Source: Marsupella aquatica
Taxonomy: Eukaryota; Plantae; Marchantiophyta
Length of the DNA stretch: 64,000 bases
Direction: 5' to 3'
Assembly (NCBI GenBank): GCA_973895155.1
Contig: OZ316894.1
Span: forward strand, 16,724,216-16,788,215
The position numbers and the translations under genes are program-made. The notes under the pieces are model-generated. The model saw nothing but the letters and a program-made list of their open reading frames with translations, was not told the DNA's origin and searched no databases. Shown here in pieces: positions 11,806-25,754 of this stretch (positions are counted from its first letter, which is position 1; each line of letters opens with the position of its first letter).

Positions 11806-14001
11806 TGTAGAGGAAGCACCTGAGTTTGTAGAAATCGTAGGTCGTCAGGGAAATCCAACTTGTATGTATCACTAAAGCGAAAGTCTCAAAATTGATGGCA
11901 TCATCGTGACATGATGTGAATATTTGATTTAAAGACGTTATTTCATCCCTCACATGATTTGAGCTGGACTGGCTATTGCCTCCAGTCAATTAGTTACAGT
12001 AAGAGAGCTTCAGCAGTCTCCCCCCCATTTTTGAAAATGTAAAGAACCCTCATAGTTCTGCTCGATACCGAGCGACGAGAGTTAGATTCAAGTGATTGTG
12101 CAATAAAGCGGGCCTGAGTTTGTAGGAGCCTACTGAGCAGTTTCGTTGCGTACTTTCTGATGTGAATTTGTTTTTATGTCATTCCGCACCCAGACGACAT
12201 AGACAGCGTCCGCTGAAATATACTCCCGATGAGTTTTTAGTTCAAGCAGATTACACTATTGGCGTAACAGTTCTCTCGGAAGTTGCTCCGGACCGCTTTC
12301 TTGTTGGAAATACAGCCGGTGCTGCTGTTGCCGTATCCGGTTTGCACAGCGAGCTCCCGTTTCCTTTCTTAATCATCCGTGCTTCTTTCAGTGCAAGCTC
12401 AACTATATCCCTGCCTCGAGTATTCACGCGCATCCCGCGTAAGTGAAGGTTCGATCTAGTGGAAGGAGATTGCAACAGTGATCATGTCAACCTTTGGGAA
12501 GTCGTTGCCGTGATGGAAGGGTCCGTGAACCATGCAAGCTCATGGACCGGGACACCCTAAATACTTTGAGTCCTTCAATGTTTTCCTTGGTATTCAACAG
12601 AATCGAATGTTATCGGGCTTGTCAGCAGCAGTTTGGAAACTTTACTCCAATGAGCATAATATTGCTAATCGTGACTAATTGAGAGAGCCTGACCCCGCAC
12701 TCACAGCACACAATCGGTGCTTCAGAAAGTTCTTGAGCAGCGATTTCCTATACTGAATATCTCCCTCATTAGAAAGACTTGGAGAGCCTTTCCGAAAAGG
12801 GTAGTGTAGTCAAATTTCACGGAGGATTGACTTACTGGTTTTCAAACGGGCTCGCAACGATGGCTGGCAAACGTCATGGAGAAATGAGAGACCTCCTAGA
12901 TTCCAAAGATGATTGTCTCGATTACTCATATGTGTACTACGTAGCATATATGAGCAAATCGAAAAGTGGGATTCAACTACACGCACACATCTTTGTTCAA
13001 GTCCTACTGCCAATCTTGGCAGTATTTTGCGGAGGAAAAGGAGGGTTCTCTCAATTTTTAGTTAGATACGATTCCAAAGGCTACGAAATGCCACGCGCCC
13101 TTGATTGAACTCAATTGCGACTTGTATTGTATCCGATCCACCATTTATATATCTGGGCAAGTTTGGGTTGCACAATCGATATCCAGTGACGGAGTAGTTA
13201 ATATAGGACGTTGGCGAAGTCCGGATAGTCAGCCTTGGACACTCGTATGACGCCCATCATTGATAACTTTACACGTCGATTGGTTGTGAAGCATCCATGT
13301 AAATCGGTGTTGAATCACACATGCCAGCAAGTTTTTCCACTTTCTTATCTGCCGGACAACATGGACATGAGACCTCGAATCATCGGTGACACATTGCATT
13401 TCATTGGAGCAAACTCGACGCCGCCCGGTCAGCAATATGTGTTCTTGTTTTCTAATCTACAGCCATCACAAAGCAGATAACGTCCCTTCGATTTCCAGGT
13501 CCGAATCGAGTATCCACGTACTAAACACGTCACCAGCCAGAGCAAGAATTGTGTGCCTCGCAAATCAAGAAGCCCAGCTCAGTGTTGCACGTGCTGTCGC
13601 TTGTCCAGTCGTCACACATTCTTCCCTCTTTCGCCATTGACTGATCACAAAACGACGTTTTTCTTTGAGCACCTTGATTACCTCAACAATTTGCATTGCT
13701 TCCCAACTCTCACGAGCTTATTTAGTAGCCCAGATGAACGCTCCGCACCTGATCGCTTGCTTGACATCCGAGACAACTCATCGTTCGTTCATTCATGTGC
13801 GCAGTCACTGATTCGTTCATTTCGAGCCGAAAGGAAACACAGGGTGGTCATGATTTGCAGGCGATGGTTTGGCCACTGCGGAAATTCAAGTGGTCCCCTG
13901 TGACCCTGTTAGCATGCTGATAAAAGCTCCACGTATCGGCATTATTCAACACAGAAGCGTTCTTAGGTTCTTACATACCGATCAGTCTGTCCTCTTTATT
14001 A

Positions 14002-14458
14002 GGGGGTCTCCAAATGGACCTTAATTTAAGTTACTGGTTAAGGTTACCGACAGAAAAGTTATAGATTACCAAATTCATGATCCACACCTTTTTGCCATAA
14101 AGAGAATGGTTATATGCCATGATGGTAACTGACTTTAAAGGCTAGTGTATTTTATTTTTTTACATAACCCTAAGAATTAGCTTATAGCTATGGCCAAAAA
14201 AGCCATAATTTGTTGACTTTGAAACGCCCATCCCGTAGCCTCTGGGTGTAAGGTACAGTCAGCATGCAGTGATAAAGTGTTGTTTCCCTTCTTTTCTGCC
14301 TTTCCTTTGATTGATGGTCTCTCGTCCAACAACACACTACTGTAGTAGTGTGTGGATTTCTGGATGGTGAATGGGATTATGGGAGTGAAACTGTGACTAG
14401 AGTCTCTCCTCAATCTCTCTGGGAACAGTGACAATTAAGGTCATCTGAAAAGACACAC
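14002..14458. mobile_element. Possible decayed MITE
   Basis: Left end GGGGGTCTCCAAATGGACCTTAATT and right end AATTAAGGTCATCTGAAAAGACACAC are imperfect inverted repeats, flanked by TTA and TAA. The flanks are not identical. Confidence 0.3.
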
Positions 14459-15289
14459 TAATCTACAGTATTGTTCATGTGTCAGTGGATGACAGTACCC
14501 ATAGACAAGTGCATGCCTACGTTGGCTCAAAAGACTATAATTTATTAAAAACTTCAAATTGTAGGACAGCATTTTACAACCCCTTATAGTTGACGAATTA
14601 CCCACCACATCGTTGGGTTTCTGTGGGCAAACAGCCGTCTGGCTGAGACAGTAATAAGTTACATAGTAGACAGTGTGGTTTTACAAATGTCAGGGCCAAT
14701 TGCTTTTTGTTAGTCCCTCTACAATTAAATTTTGGAATGCATATTGCATGAAAATCCCTGCAATGGGCTTTACAAGAACTTAGGGCCTATTCACATGTGG
14801 TGTCTAGCGCAAGGAAATGCTGATGTGAAATGTTGGTTTTATCTAGAATTTTAGATCATCTCCAGAGGAGGTACAATATTTCCAAACTGGCTCCTTCATT
14901 TGGATTTGCGCTTATTGAATTTCATTTCAAAAGACTGAGTTGATCTAGAAGATATCTTTAGAACCAGACATGACACTCTAATTAGCCTTTATTAGTGAAA
15001 TAAAGTCATCAGTGCCCCCAACTTCTTGTGAAGCCACTCTTGCACATGCCGCTTTGATTACATGTGCTTGCACTAAATTTTGAAAGGAAATCCCCATGCT
15101 ATCAAACATCCAAAATGCTAAGATGAATTATTAACAACCTGAATGTACATTTAGTAATGTGCTTCAATAAGTTGATCTACAAAGGTTGGTTACAATATAA
15201 AGCCTAGATGGACCAAGGTGCTTGTTGTGAAGCCGCTGGATTACCAAAGATGGACAGAATGTCTAAAAATGCTAGAATAACTCCTTTTA

Positions 15290-15790
15290 TAGTTTTGACC
15301 AATATGACCTGTAAACGGGCTCATGACTGTTTGCAGCCAATTTCCATTAGTTTAGTCATTGGTACATTTTCCAAGGCATCTTGCACAAAAGTTGTGTACG
15401 TTGTGCACTATTATCTCAACTTTCATTGGTACATTTTTCAAGGCGTCTTTCACAAAAGTGGTGTACGTTGTGCCATATTATCTCAATTTTTCCCATCCTG
15501 CCAAACTACTCAGGGAGTTTTTCACAAAAGTGAAACATCCTTCTCAAAATTGTAATTCACTGCACATGTTCAAACTACTCAAGAGGTTTTTCACTACAGT
15601 GAAACGTCCATTGGCAATTGGTTTTATAGTATTTGACCATTTTTGCATTCATAGGGCATAGAGAAAATGATCTAAGAAAAATAACAAACTTGGTGAAAAT
15701 AAATTGGGCAACAGAGAACATATTTGCAAGATTTGAGTTTAATTAGCAATCAAAAAAATTTCCAAATAAACGCACCTTTGTGTCAAGAAT
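15290..15790 (+). repeat. Dispersed repeat family A, copy 2
   Basis: TTTTGACCAATATGACCTGTAAACGGGCTCATGA...CCAAACTACTCAGGGAGTTTTTCACAAAAGTGAAACATCC...CAAACTACTCAAGAGG, plus an internal duplication TTTCATTGGTACATTTT...CACAAAAGT.GTGTACGTTGTGC. Confidence 0.7.
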
Positions 15791-17128
15791 TAACAATTTA
15801 TAGTTAGTCTGGGTGCCTCGAAAACCTCCTTGGGGTGTACTTATCAAAACGAGATATATACTGAAACATCTTTCCAAAATGCAATTATCAAATTTCCTTT
15901 CTCTGTAAACTGGCTGACGAGTATATGGGGATGGGCAAGACAAATCGCTCAGGCGGGCTAGCAATCCTTTTATGAGAACTGCAAACTCCAATGCGTTTTG
16001 CAATTTCTTCAATGGTGTATAAACGTACGGTGCCTTGCGGATCCAAATAAGTACATTAACGTACTGGAGGCATTTAATGCCAGTACGGTGGTTGCCTCAT
16101 GCAATCCATTTTGAGTGTCACCTTGGCCTGAATAGTGAATACTATAGTACTTTTTTACCATAAATTTGAGCTTTGTTGGAAAGATCAATCTACTCAGATC
16201 CTCTCGTAATTGCTCTGCGGCTACTGTAGATGAAGTAGGTGAGATTCTTAGGGAATAGGGGAGGTAAGAATCTAAGGGTTGTTAGGTGACGGCAACAGCT
16301 AAAACACCCCCATATATATGTACCCCACTGCAAAAGAACCGGGAGACACCATCCTAACCCAAACAAATCCATTAAAGCGGGGCAAATAAAGGGAAAAGGA
16401 GGGAAAACCAAAGTGCCACGAAGCCCAAGAGACCAAAAGGCAAAAAAGCCGAGGCTGAAAAGACCAAAAGGTAAAAGAACGAAGAGCCAACGCGAATGTA
16501 TGCAGCCCTTCGTTTACACCCCTAAAGTGGGAATATACACATATTTTATACAGAAAAAGGCCAAATAAAGTTGACTCATCTCAGCATATGATAGAGAAAG
16601 AATTTAATGCCTGAATCCCCTCCTGAGGGAGGGCCTGATGGCAATGATGTTTCCAAGGAGAACCTCCAGAAACTTTCCGGCCCTTGAGTGCCAACCCTTG
16701 AAATTATAATAAACAATTCCGTGCATTGTGTATGTAGTGGATAACACAACAAAGTAGGGACACAAACTCTATTGCACACATCACACATAGCAGGGAGTAG
16801 ATTGTGTTGTCATTGGAGATCTACTTTTTCCCAAAAGTATGGCAAGCCAAGTGCAAAGTGCCAAATTCTTGAGGGCTAGCTATATGCAAGTTGGCCCTAT
16901 GGCCCAAAAGACCAAATGGCAAAACAATTGAAGCCCTACTGAGTTCCAAACTGGAAAGCTATATAGAGCTCAAGGTAAATTGCATAGTGTGAGATGACAA
17001 TGAAATTGTCACTTTTTAGCAGAACTGTTGTTCTCCCCACTTTCTTACTTTGGTAAGAACATCATTGGCTCATTAAGGTGCTCCATGAAATAAATTTTCA
17101 ATTTGGGCAGTGACAGATTAAAGGATTA

Positions 17129-17368
17129 AAGTAGTCAACACAGCGAGTACGTGGTTCACCTCCCGACTGAGACTACATCCACGGGAAAGCAAAATATCTT
17201 TACTTCTTTCTTGCTCCACTCTAACAATGAACTAAAGATCCACTAGAGAGTGGCATCAGCCCTGGTTATATATAGCATGCATCACTACTAACGTAAGCTA
17301 AGTCCTAACCTGAGTTAGCCTAACTGTGGTTAGCCCTAGAGTCACAAGACTAAGAGCAATATTCAACA
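17129..17368 (-). repeat. 3' LTR of Copia-1 (about 50 bp missing at the left end)
   Basis: Aligns to about 21257-21496; ends ...ATTCAACA next to the PPT. Confidence 0.85.
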
Positions 17369-20300
17369 AACTCCCTCTTTACTCTAGTCTTGGGAACTGG
17401 ACTAATTGCTATCATATGGTATCCTTAGTGGGAAATTCTAGACAATCACCTAAATAGGTTTCCCCCTAAAACCCACCATGGGTTAACTAAGGGTTAACTA
17501 GAATTAAGCCGTAGCCTAACAGGATCAAGGAATCTATACAATAAGCCATAAAACTGCTAAGTAACTCTACGTGCTTCAATTGTAAACTTGCAAAGTAGCA
17601 CGGTGTCTTGAGAAACTCTCCAAAGGAATCACTTTGGTAGAAGCGTCAGCCGAGTTGAGTTTATCGTCAATCTTGACTAGCTCAAACTGATTATCAGACA
17701 AACCGTGTCTGATAAAATGGTACCTGACGTCGATGTGCTTCACTCTGCTATCCATCACTTGGTTCACAGCAAGGTGAAGAGCACTCTAACTATCACAATG
17801 GAGCTTCACATTCCCTTGTGGCAATCTCATCTTAGTGATAAGTCTATCCAACCAAATAGCTTCCTTCGCTGCTTCTGTTGCTGCAACATACTCAGCTTTT
17901 GTAGTAGACTGAGCAATACACTTTTGCAAAGTAGACCTCCAACTTATGCATCCACCGCCAAGTGTGAACACATACCCAGTCGTTGACCTCCTTCGATCCA
18001 GATCCTGTGCATAGTCAGCATCTACATAACCCCTCAATGATCTCTCATTATCCGCATGTGCATCAAACAAAAAACCATGATCCATGGTACCTTTCAAGTA
18101 CCAAAAAATCCACTTCACTGCTTCCCAATGTACCTTCCCTGGATTTGACATGTACCTGCTCACCTTGCCCAATAAGCATGTCATATAAAACAATGAAACC
18201 AAAGACAACATTCTTCCTCAGTTTAAGATACACACAAGGATCAAACGCACTCTTGTGAAAATCCTGTGCACGAATCCAATCGTCAAACCGCTTATTCCAC
18301 TGATTGGTGACTGCTTCAACCCGTACAAGGATCTCAGCAATCTACAAACCAAAGCCTCTTGCCCTTTCTTCACAAAACCTAGCAGTTATCTCATGAAGAT
18401 CACCTCTTTCAAGGTGCCATAGAGGAAAGTTGTGACAACATCCATCTGATTTAGCAGCAGACCAAATAAAATAACAAGTACACACAATAGTCGTATTGTA
18501 GAGTACTTAGCAACTGGTGAGAAGACCTCATTGTAATCCATACCTTTCTCCTGTGTGAATCCCTTGGCTACCAACCTAGCCAGGTTGTAGACTTTTGATC
18601 CACCTCCTGTGGATTGATCGTTCAGCTTGTAAATCTACTTGTTGTCCACCACTTGTTGGCCTTCAGGGAGCTTGACCAACTCCCAAGTCTTGTTGTCCTT
18701 CAGTGGCTGCATCTTTGTTTGCATTGTTGCAATCCACTCCTACTTTTGTTTTGATGCACTTGCCTCATGATATGAACAAGGGTCTCCTTCTTCCAAGATC
18801 AAAGCCATATGATCATTGTCAGGCGCAATGTCAACATCATCTAGTTTAGATGAATCTACCCATTGTCCATACTTGGTAGGAGCTCTAGTAGAATGATTAG
18901 AAGTTCTCCTAGTAGATGATTCAAGCTGATCTTCTGCTACTGCTGGCTGAATTTGAGGTACACCAACATCAATCTGCTCCTCTTGTTCCATAACAGGATC
19001 TAGCTCCATACCCAAAACATCTCTTTCTCTCTTGTCATGAACATTATCATGACTTATCTCCCCCCCAACCGGGTCCGGGATAAGAGATTTTTCCTTGTCA
19101 GTATGGGAGCCCTAAGAACTCTCCCCCTCCTCTGATGATATAGATTCATTAAAGGAAACATCTTTATTGACAATTAGCTTAGAGGTTACTGAATCCCATA
19201 ACCTATAACCTTTTACACCTTTTTGATATCCAAGTAAAATGCACTTCATCAACTTGGACTCCAACTTAGACCAAAGTTGGGAAGGTGTAAGTACATAAAG
19301 CATCACATTCAAAAACCTTTAGATGTGAATAATTTGCTTGACGCCCGTACCGCATTTCAAATGGTGTCTTGAATCCAATTGCATTGGATGGAGAGAAATT
19401 TACCAAATAAGCTGTAGTGTTGATAGCTTCTGCCCAAAATTCATGTGGTAAGCATGATTGACTCAACATACTCCTTGAGCGCTCCAATACTGTTTGATTG
19501 AGCCTCTCAAAAACACCATTCTATTGAGAAGCATAACTTGTTGTGAGATGGCGTGTAATCCCCTGCTCTTTACAATACGTTCCAAATTCACCTAAACCGT
19601 ATTCACCGCCATTATCCAATCAAAGATATCTCACTTTATTACCAATCGGATTCTCAACTTGGGCAAACAAATCAGACTTATTGTGTACAAAGTTTAGGTA
19701 CCAACATTGAAAATCAAAATTGAAACCAAAATTTGACAAAAAAATTATTCAAATTTTGGTCGGGGTGACTGGGTAAAACCTTGGGAAACTCCCTCGTTTT
19801 GACTACCTCAAGGAATAATCAAAATGTCAAGTACCACCCATTGTCAAAATTGCAATTTGATTGGTGCGCCACGTTGTTAACTTCAGTGGCTACAACCTCA
19901 CCAAAAACATCCAAAAAAGTTACCATTTGGACCTCAAAATCTTTGACTAACGGTCAAAACATGCTCTCTATTTCTAGAATATTCCCTGCACAGTATAGCA
20001 AGGCTCACAAGGGGCCGTTGCTCCTATCGGAGCGGTTAAAATGGAGGGTCATCAAGCCCAAGATGCGGGATAACCAATAAGGAGAGGGGAATTAAAATTA
20101 AAACCGAGCCCTAAAGGGGTTTGAAACCCCTTTGTAAAAAGCAGGTATAATGGCCAGGGGTATGCACAAGGGTGCGGGGAGGGCGTAAGGAGGGTCAAGG
20201 CCGGGCCGGGGGTCGCACAACCGCAAAGACGGCTGTCAGGAGACTATCGCCGGTGGAAAGTGCAATGAGGGTGTGAGGAGGGGTTAGCAACCGGTGAGGG

Positions 20301-21204
20301 CAGCGAGAGTGCGGCTGGGGCCGCGACAGCGCTGCATGGGCGGTCGTGACCACGGGTATGCGGGGAGGGGGAGGGTAAGTGCGGACAAGCGGGGGTAACG
20401 AGGCCCGGGCCAAGGTGTGTACACACCAAGGGACCCCCTAAAACCCCTTTAAACCCAAAAATGCCAACCAAATCAAAATGCCTGGGTTACACACCTTATT
20501 GTCGCCAATGCCATGAGTAAAAGTGATGACCGTCGATGGGAAATATTGCCAAATTTTGGCGGCACAATTTGCAAGCTTAGCAAAGAAAAAAACATTCCGC
20601 CGTGTTACACTCTCTCCGCGTCAAGTGCCAATCCTAGACTCAAAACGACCACTTTACCGCGATCTCTCTGTTGAGCCTTAGCACTTTGTGTTTTCTTTTT
20701 CGGGTCAAGAGTCACGACGAGTAACCCTATTCAAGGAAAAATAAGCACCATAACTTGTCAAAAAACCATAACTCTTCTTTCAATCGTCATGACACACTTG
20801 ATAACCACTCGACAACAACTCAGCTACCAAAATGACCAGCTCGCCTTAATCTTCAACTTGAGCTATAACATGCAACGCCTCCCCCACCGCACAGCTCACA
20901 CCATTGCAGAAACAAACTCTGGGCTCTCCCCCAAAAAACTGTTGAACACCAAAAACTTCAGAATGACACAAACTTTGATTTCTTCGCACCACGGATACCA
21001 ACTAGTGAGTTCTATGCACCAATAGAAAGCCCTCTTGCTAATCTATCCGCTCAACCACACACATTTGAGTTTTATGTGACAAAACTTTGAATGCAACACC
21101 AAAAAATTTCATGCGACAGAAACTCACAGGATCTTCAAACCGTCAACTACACAATAAATTATTGTCACCACAGTGTCACCTCCCAAACATGCTTTGATAC
21201 CACT

Positions 21205-21496
21205 TATTGGGGATAATCCTTATCCCGAGACACCATGCACATGTAAACACCATACCAAGTAGTTGACACAGTGAGTACGTGGTTCACCTCCTGACTGAGG
21301 CTACGTCCTTGGGAAAGCAAAAGACCTTTACTTCTTTCTTGCTCCACTCCAACAATGAACTGAAGATCCACCGGGGGCTGGCATCAACCCTGGTTATATA
21401 CAGCATGCATCACTCCTAACCTAACCTAAGTCCTAACCTGAATTAGTCTAACTGTGGTTAGCCCTAGAGTCACAAGACTTAGAACAATACTCAACA
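21205..21496 (-). repeat. 5' LTR of Copia-1 (about 292 bp)
   Basis: Begins 2 nt after the PBS with TATTG (mutated TGTTG) and ends TCAACA. Confidence 0.85.
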
Positions 21497-23419
21497 GGAT
21501 GCATGTTAAGTAAAAGCGGAAGGCAACCCACAAACAGAAGTAAGCCAAGGGAGTAACAAACCTGCCCTAATTCATCTGGGTTGAGGTACTGTAAAACTGA
21601 CCCAGGGTTTAGAATATTTCTTGCAATAAAAATTGCTTTCAAAAACCAAAAAGCATAATATTTAGATTCCCTTGATTACCGTGGAAACTTATGGAAATTA
21701 CAGACCTGGCACTCAAACTTAAACATTGCTAAATATGCAATTATTTACACGCATTGACACTCACATATTTATACCCTAAACCTCGCCTTATCAAGGTGCA
21801 TCCTTTGTATCTTACAGATTTTTAGTAAAATTTTGGACCCCTGTAATTTTTGGTATCCTAGATAACTTTGAACTTATTTTGGCAGCCCTCTTAATTTTTA
21901 ATATTTTTTATTTCTTAGATTTCAAGTGTGTGAAACCAATTGCTTTAATTTCTACCACTTGAGCAAAGTTTTGAAGTCTCCATTGAGTGAGAAGAATGAT
22001 TCTAATTAAGAACACATGGTGTGTTACCTTCCTCTCATGACTTTCACTCCTAAATTTATGGTTTTTATTGAATTGAGTGTCATTAATAAGGCACATTAAT
22101 TAATAAGTGCACAGAACTTGAATGTACTTTTTGTTGGTCACTCACTATGTGCTTTTCTCTACATGTGCTCTACTTATCTATATTTTATCCCACTCATTCT
22201 AGTTCCACTCTCCTATTTTATCCACTTACATATCACTACAAGACAAAAAATCAAGCATGTTCTAGGATGAGCATGCTATAATGCTGTGGCAAGGTATCTT
22301 ATCATCAATTCAAAGAAACTACAGTAGACTTGTTTGAGGATAAGTAGATCCCTTAATCATCATATGAGCATCAACTCTGATATCAAGTAAATTATTTTTA
22401 TTAGAGAGCTTATAACAAAGGAATCTTTGGGGCTTTTGCTTGGTGTGGACTGGCTCTTTTGCTCAGAGTGTATTGCTCTTGAAATATGAATACCAGTTGG
22501 CCATGTTGCTCCTAAACTATACTACTGTAGATAGGTTGTAGATCTAGTAATAGATTACTGTGAACATTTCAAGGGATGTAAATTATGGCGAGTAAAATCC
22601 AAAGGCCTACTAAAGTGGTACCACACTTGTCCATTGTTTTGTTATGTGGTGGTTTGGGGGAAGGGAAGGGAAACCCAAATTAGACAATAGATCACTGGGA
22701 AAATAGGTACGAACCATCAATCACAACAAAGGAAGGAGAGAAAAGAAACTCCGTTCAATAGAGTTTTTGTAAATGTCTCAATGGGGGTGTGTTTCCAGTG
22801 TTAGTGGCTGGCATTAGCTGTTTTACCAAAGCTAAAAGACAAGGCCAATAAGCCAAATGGTGTTCCAAAAATATGCCCATTTCTAAGTGTCCAGGTAAAC
22901 TTGATTTTCATGAGGCAGAATTAACATGCTGATGAATAGAATAACTCACTTGGACTTTGAAGAGTGAATTCTGCCTCATAAGCCATATGTAGGGTAGTTC
23001 ATGTGATCACCTAAGTGGCAATATAGGTGGGCCATTTCCATTGAGTATTGGTAATGTAGGCACCATCCCTACAGGAGGGTGAAGTGTGGTTCTTAGAGGA
23101 TTTTCTTATATTACCTAAGGGCAAGTAATGACAAGTTATGGAAGCTGATAAATTTAGAAGCTAGTTAGAGCATAGTCTGCATTAATCACGACCATGGTTA
23201 CGGACCCCCATGAGAGGTCCCTTGCAAAATTTGAGACACCACAACGCGCCACATCATCATTGCATGCTGCAAACAAGAACAAATTTGTTTCCAAATTAAA
23301 ATAACTCCTCCTTTCGTGTTTGTGACAAGTTTTGGGTAAAATTTAGGGCACCATGTCATAAAACATAATCTAATTTAATTTGACATAATTATTTGAGTAA
23401 AAACATCCGATAAGTGATA

Positions 23420-23763
23420 TGTTGAGCATAGACGACATTCACAACGGCAAGCTCATAAACCATCCAACGCACAATAGTCGACACAGAGAGATACATGGTT
23501 CACCTCCACATGAGGCTACGTCCACGGGAACACACAAGAGCTTTACTGCACTCTAGGCCGAACGGCCATACCAAGCATCCACAGCACAAGCTCTCCCTAT
23601 CTCTCAACTAGCTCCGTAACAATGAGCCTAAGTTCCATCAGGGTCTGGCATCACCCCTGGCTATATGCACAATAGCACTACCGCTAACATTAGCTAAGTC
23701 CTAACCCGAGTTAGACTAACTGTAGTTAGCTCATGAGTCACAAGACTAGAGCAATATCTAACA
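23420..23763 (-). repeat. 3' LTR of Copia-2
   Basis: TGTTGAG...TCTAACA; about 15 substitutions against the other LTR by manual count. Confidence 0.95.
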
Positions 23764-23935
23764 AACTCCCCCTTGACTCTTGTCTTGGGGACTGGACTAA
23801 ATGCTATCATATGGAATCCTCAGCGGGATGTTCTAGACAATCACCAAACTAGGTCTTCCCCTAAAAAACCACAAGGGTTAACTAGAACTAAGCCATAGCC
23901 AAACTGTCACATATTGCTAAATAACTCTACTTGCA

Positions 23936-25754
23936 CTACAACTGCAAAACCTGCAAAGTAGCACGGTGTCTTGAGAAACTCTCCAAAGGAATCACTTTGG
24001 TAAAGGCATCAGCGGGATTGAGCTTTCCATCAATCTTGACTAGCTCAAAAGTTTTATCAGACACTGCCTGCCTCATAAAATGGTACTTGATATCAATGTG
24101 CTTCACCCTACTATCCATCACTTGGTTAGTAGCCAAGTGAAGAGCACTCTGACTATCACAGTTTAGAGTCATTTTGCCATACTCTAAACCCATCTCTGCG
24201 ATCAACTTGTCCAACCAAATTGCTTCCTTTGCTGCTTCTGCTGCTGCAACATACTCTGCTTCTGTAGTAGACTGAGAAATACACTTTTGCAAGGTAGATT
24301 TCCAACTGATACATCCTCCTCCAAGAGTAAATACAAACCTAGTTGTAGACCTCCTTGTATCCAGACAGCCTCCATAGTCAGAATTTACATAGCCAACTAA
24401 TGTTCTATTTGATCTGTTATCAAATAGTAATCCATAGTCCTGTGTACCCTTGAGATACCTGAGAATCCATTTCAAAGCTTCCCAATGTACCTTTTCTGGA
24501 TTTGACATGAATCTGCTAACCTTGCCCATCGTTAGGGCCAAGTCAGGCCTAGTACAAGTCATCAAATACATCAGGCTGCCTACTGCCTTCTCATAAGGAA
24601 TCTTAGCCATAAGACCTTTCTCCACAGCATCCGTAGGAGAGAAAGCCGATGATAACTTGAAATGTGAAGCTAAAGGAATACTTCCTGGCTTACAGTTCTC
24701 CATGTTGAATCGTGCCAGTACTTTCCTCGCATATTGGCCTTGACTCAAGCACAAGTGTCCAGTCTTAGAGTTCCTAAAAATCTCCATCCCTAAGATCCTC
24801 TTGGCCTTACCAAGATCCTTCATCCTGAATTCAACACTCAATTTCGCCTTGAGATTGTCAACCTCAGATTGATCTTTAGCCACAATCAACATGTCATCCA
24901 CATAGATAACCAAAATGATGAAACCAAATACATCATTCTTGACTGATTTCATATACACACAAGGATCATACACCATCCTTGTAAAACCTTGAGCAAGCAT
25001 GAAATCATCAAACCGCTTGTTCCACTGTCTGGGAGATTGAGCAATCTGCAAACTAAGTTCTCTTGGTCCTTCTTCATAAAGCCTAGTGGCTGTCTCATGA
25101 AGATCAACTCTTCCAAGTTGCCATAGAGAAAAGTAGTAACAATATCCATTTGATCCATCACCAGACCAAAAACCACAACAAGCTGACACAAGATTCAAAT
25201 TGTGGAATATTTAGCCACCGGTGAAAACACCTCATTGTAATCCACTCCTTTCTCCTGAGTGAATCCCTTGGCAACAAGCCGTGCCTTGTAGATCTTATCT
25301 CCACCCTTTAAAGGATTGTCCTTCAACTTGTAAATCCACTTGTTGTCCACCACTTGCTGACATCTTGGAAGCTCCACCAGCTCCCATGTCTTGTTGTCAC
25401 TCAAAGATTGCAACTCCCTCTGCATTGCTGCATTCCACTCATGCTTCTGCTCTGAAGCACAAGCCTCACTGTATGAAGAAGGTTCTCCTTCTTCCAAGAT
25501 CAAATCCATGTCATCATCATCAGGTGCAATATCAATATCATCTAGCTTAGATGAGTCTGCCCATTGACCATACCTGGTAGGAGCTCTAGTAGAACGACTG
25601 GAAGTTCTTCTAGTAGATGACTCAGGCTGATCTGCTGCTGCTGGTGGTTGAATTTGAGGTACCCCAAAAATAATCTGCTCCTCTTGTTCCATCACAGGAA
25701 CCAACTCCAAGCCCGGAGCTTATCCATCTCTCCTATCATGAACAGCATCATGAC
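23936..25754 (-). pseudogene. Copia-2 reverse transcriptase and RNase H (frameshifted)
   Basis: YKARLVAKGFTQEKGVDYNEVFSPVAK, ILVIYVDDMLI, KDLGKAKRILGMEI, TRPDL, STTEAEYVAA, CDSQSALHL, KHIDIKYHF, NPADAFTK. Confidence 0.95.

Larger units (their letters stand above)
17129..21496 (-). mobile_element. Ty1/Copia LTR retrotransposon, internally deleted and degenerate (Copia-1)
   Basis: LTR-like direct repeats at 17129-17368 (truncated) and 21205-21496. PBS (tRNA-Met type, TGGTATCAAAGC) at 21191-21202; PPT at 17369-17379. Integrase, RT and RNase H fragments (ERSRSMLSQSCLPHEFWAEA, AKGFTQEKGMDYNEVFSPV, GYVDADYAQDLDRRRSTTGYVF). gag/protease and part of RT are deleted. No TSD is recoverable. Confidence 0.9.

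Noticed and set aside
22860-23060. 13-bp inverted repeat (ATGAGGCAGAATT at 22910-22922 and its complement at 22967-22979) and faint LINE RT-like words
   Set aside because: Too short and degenerate to support a call without a search.
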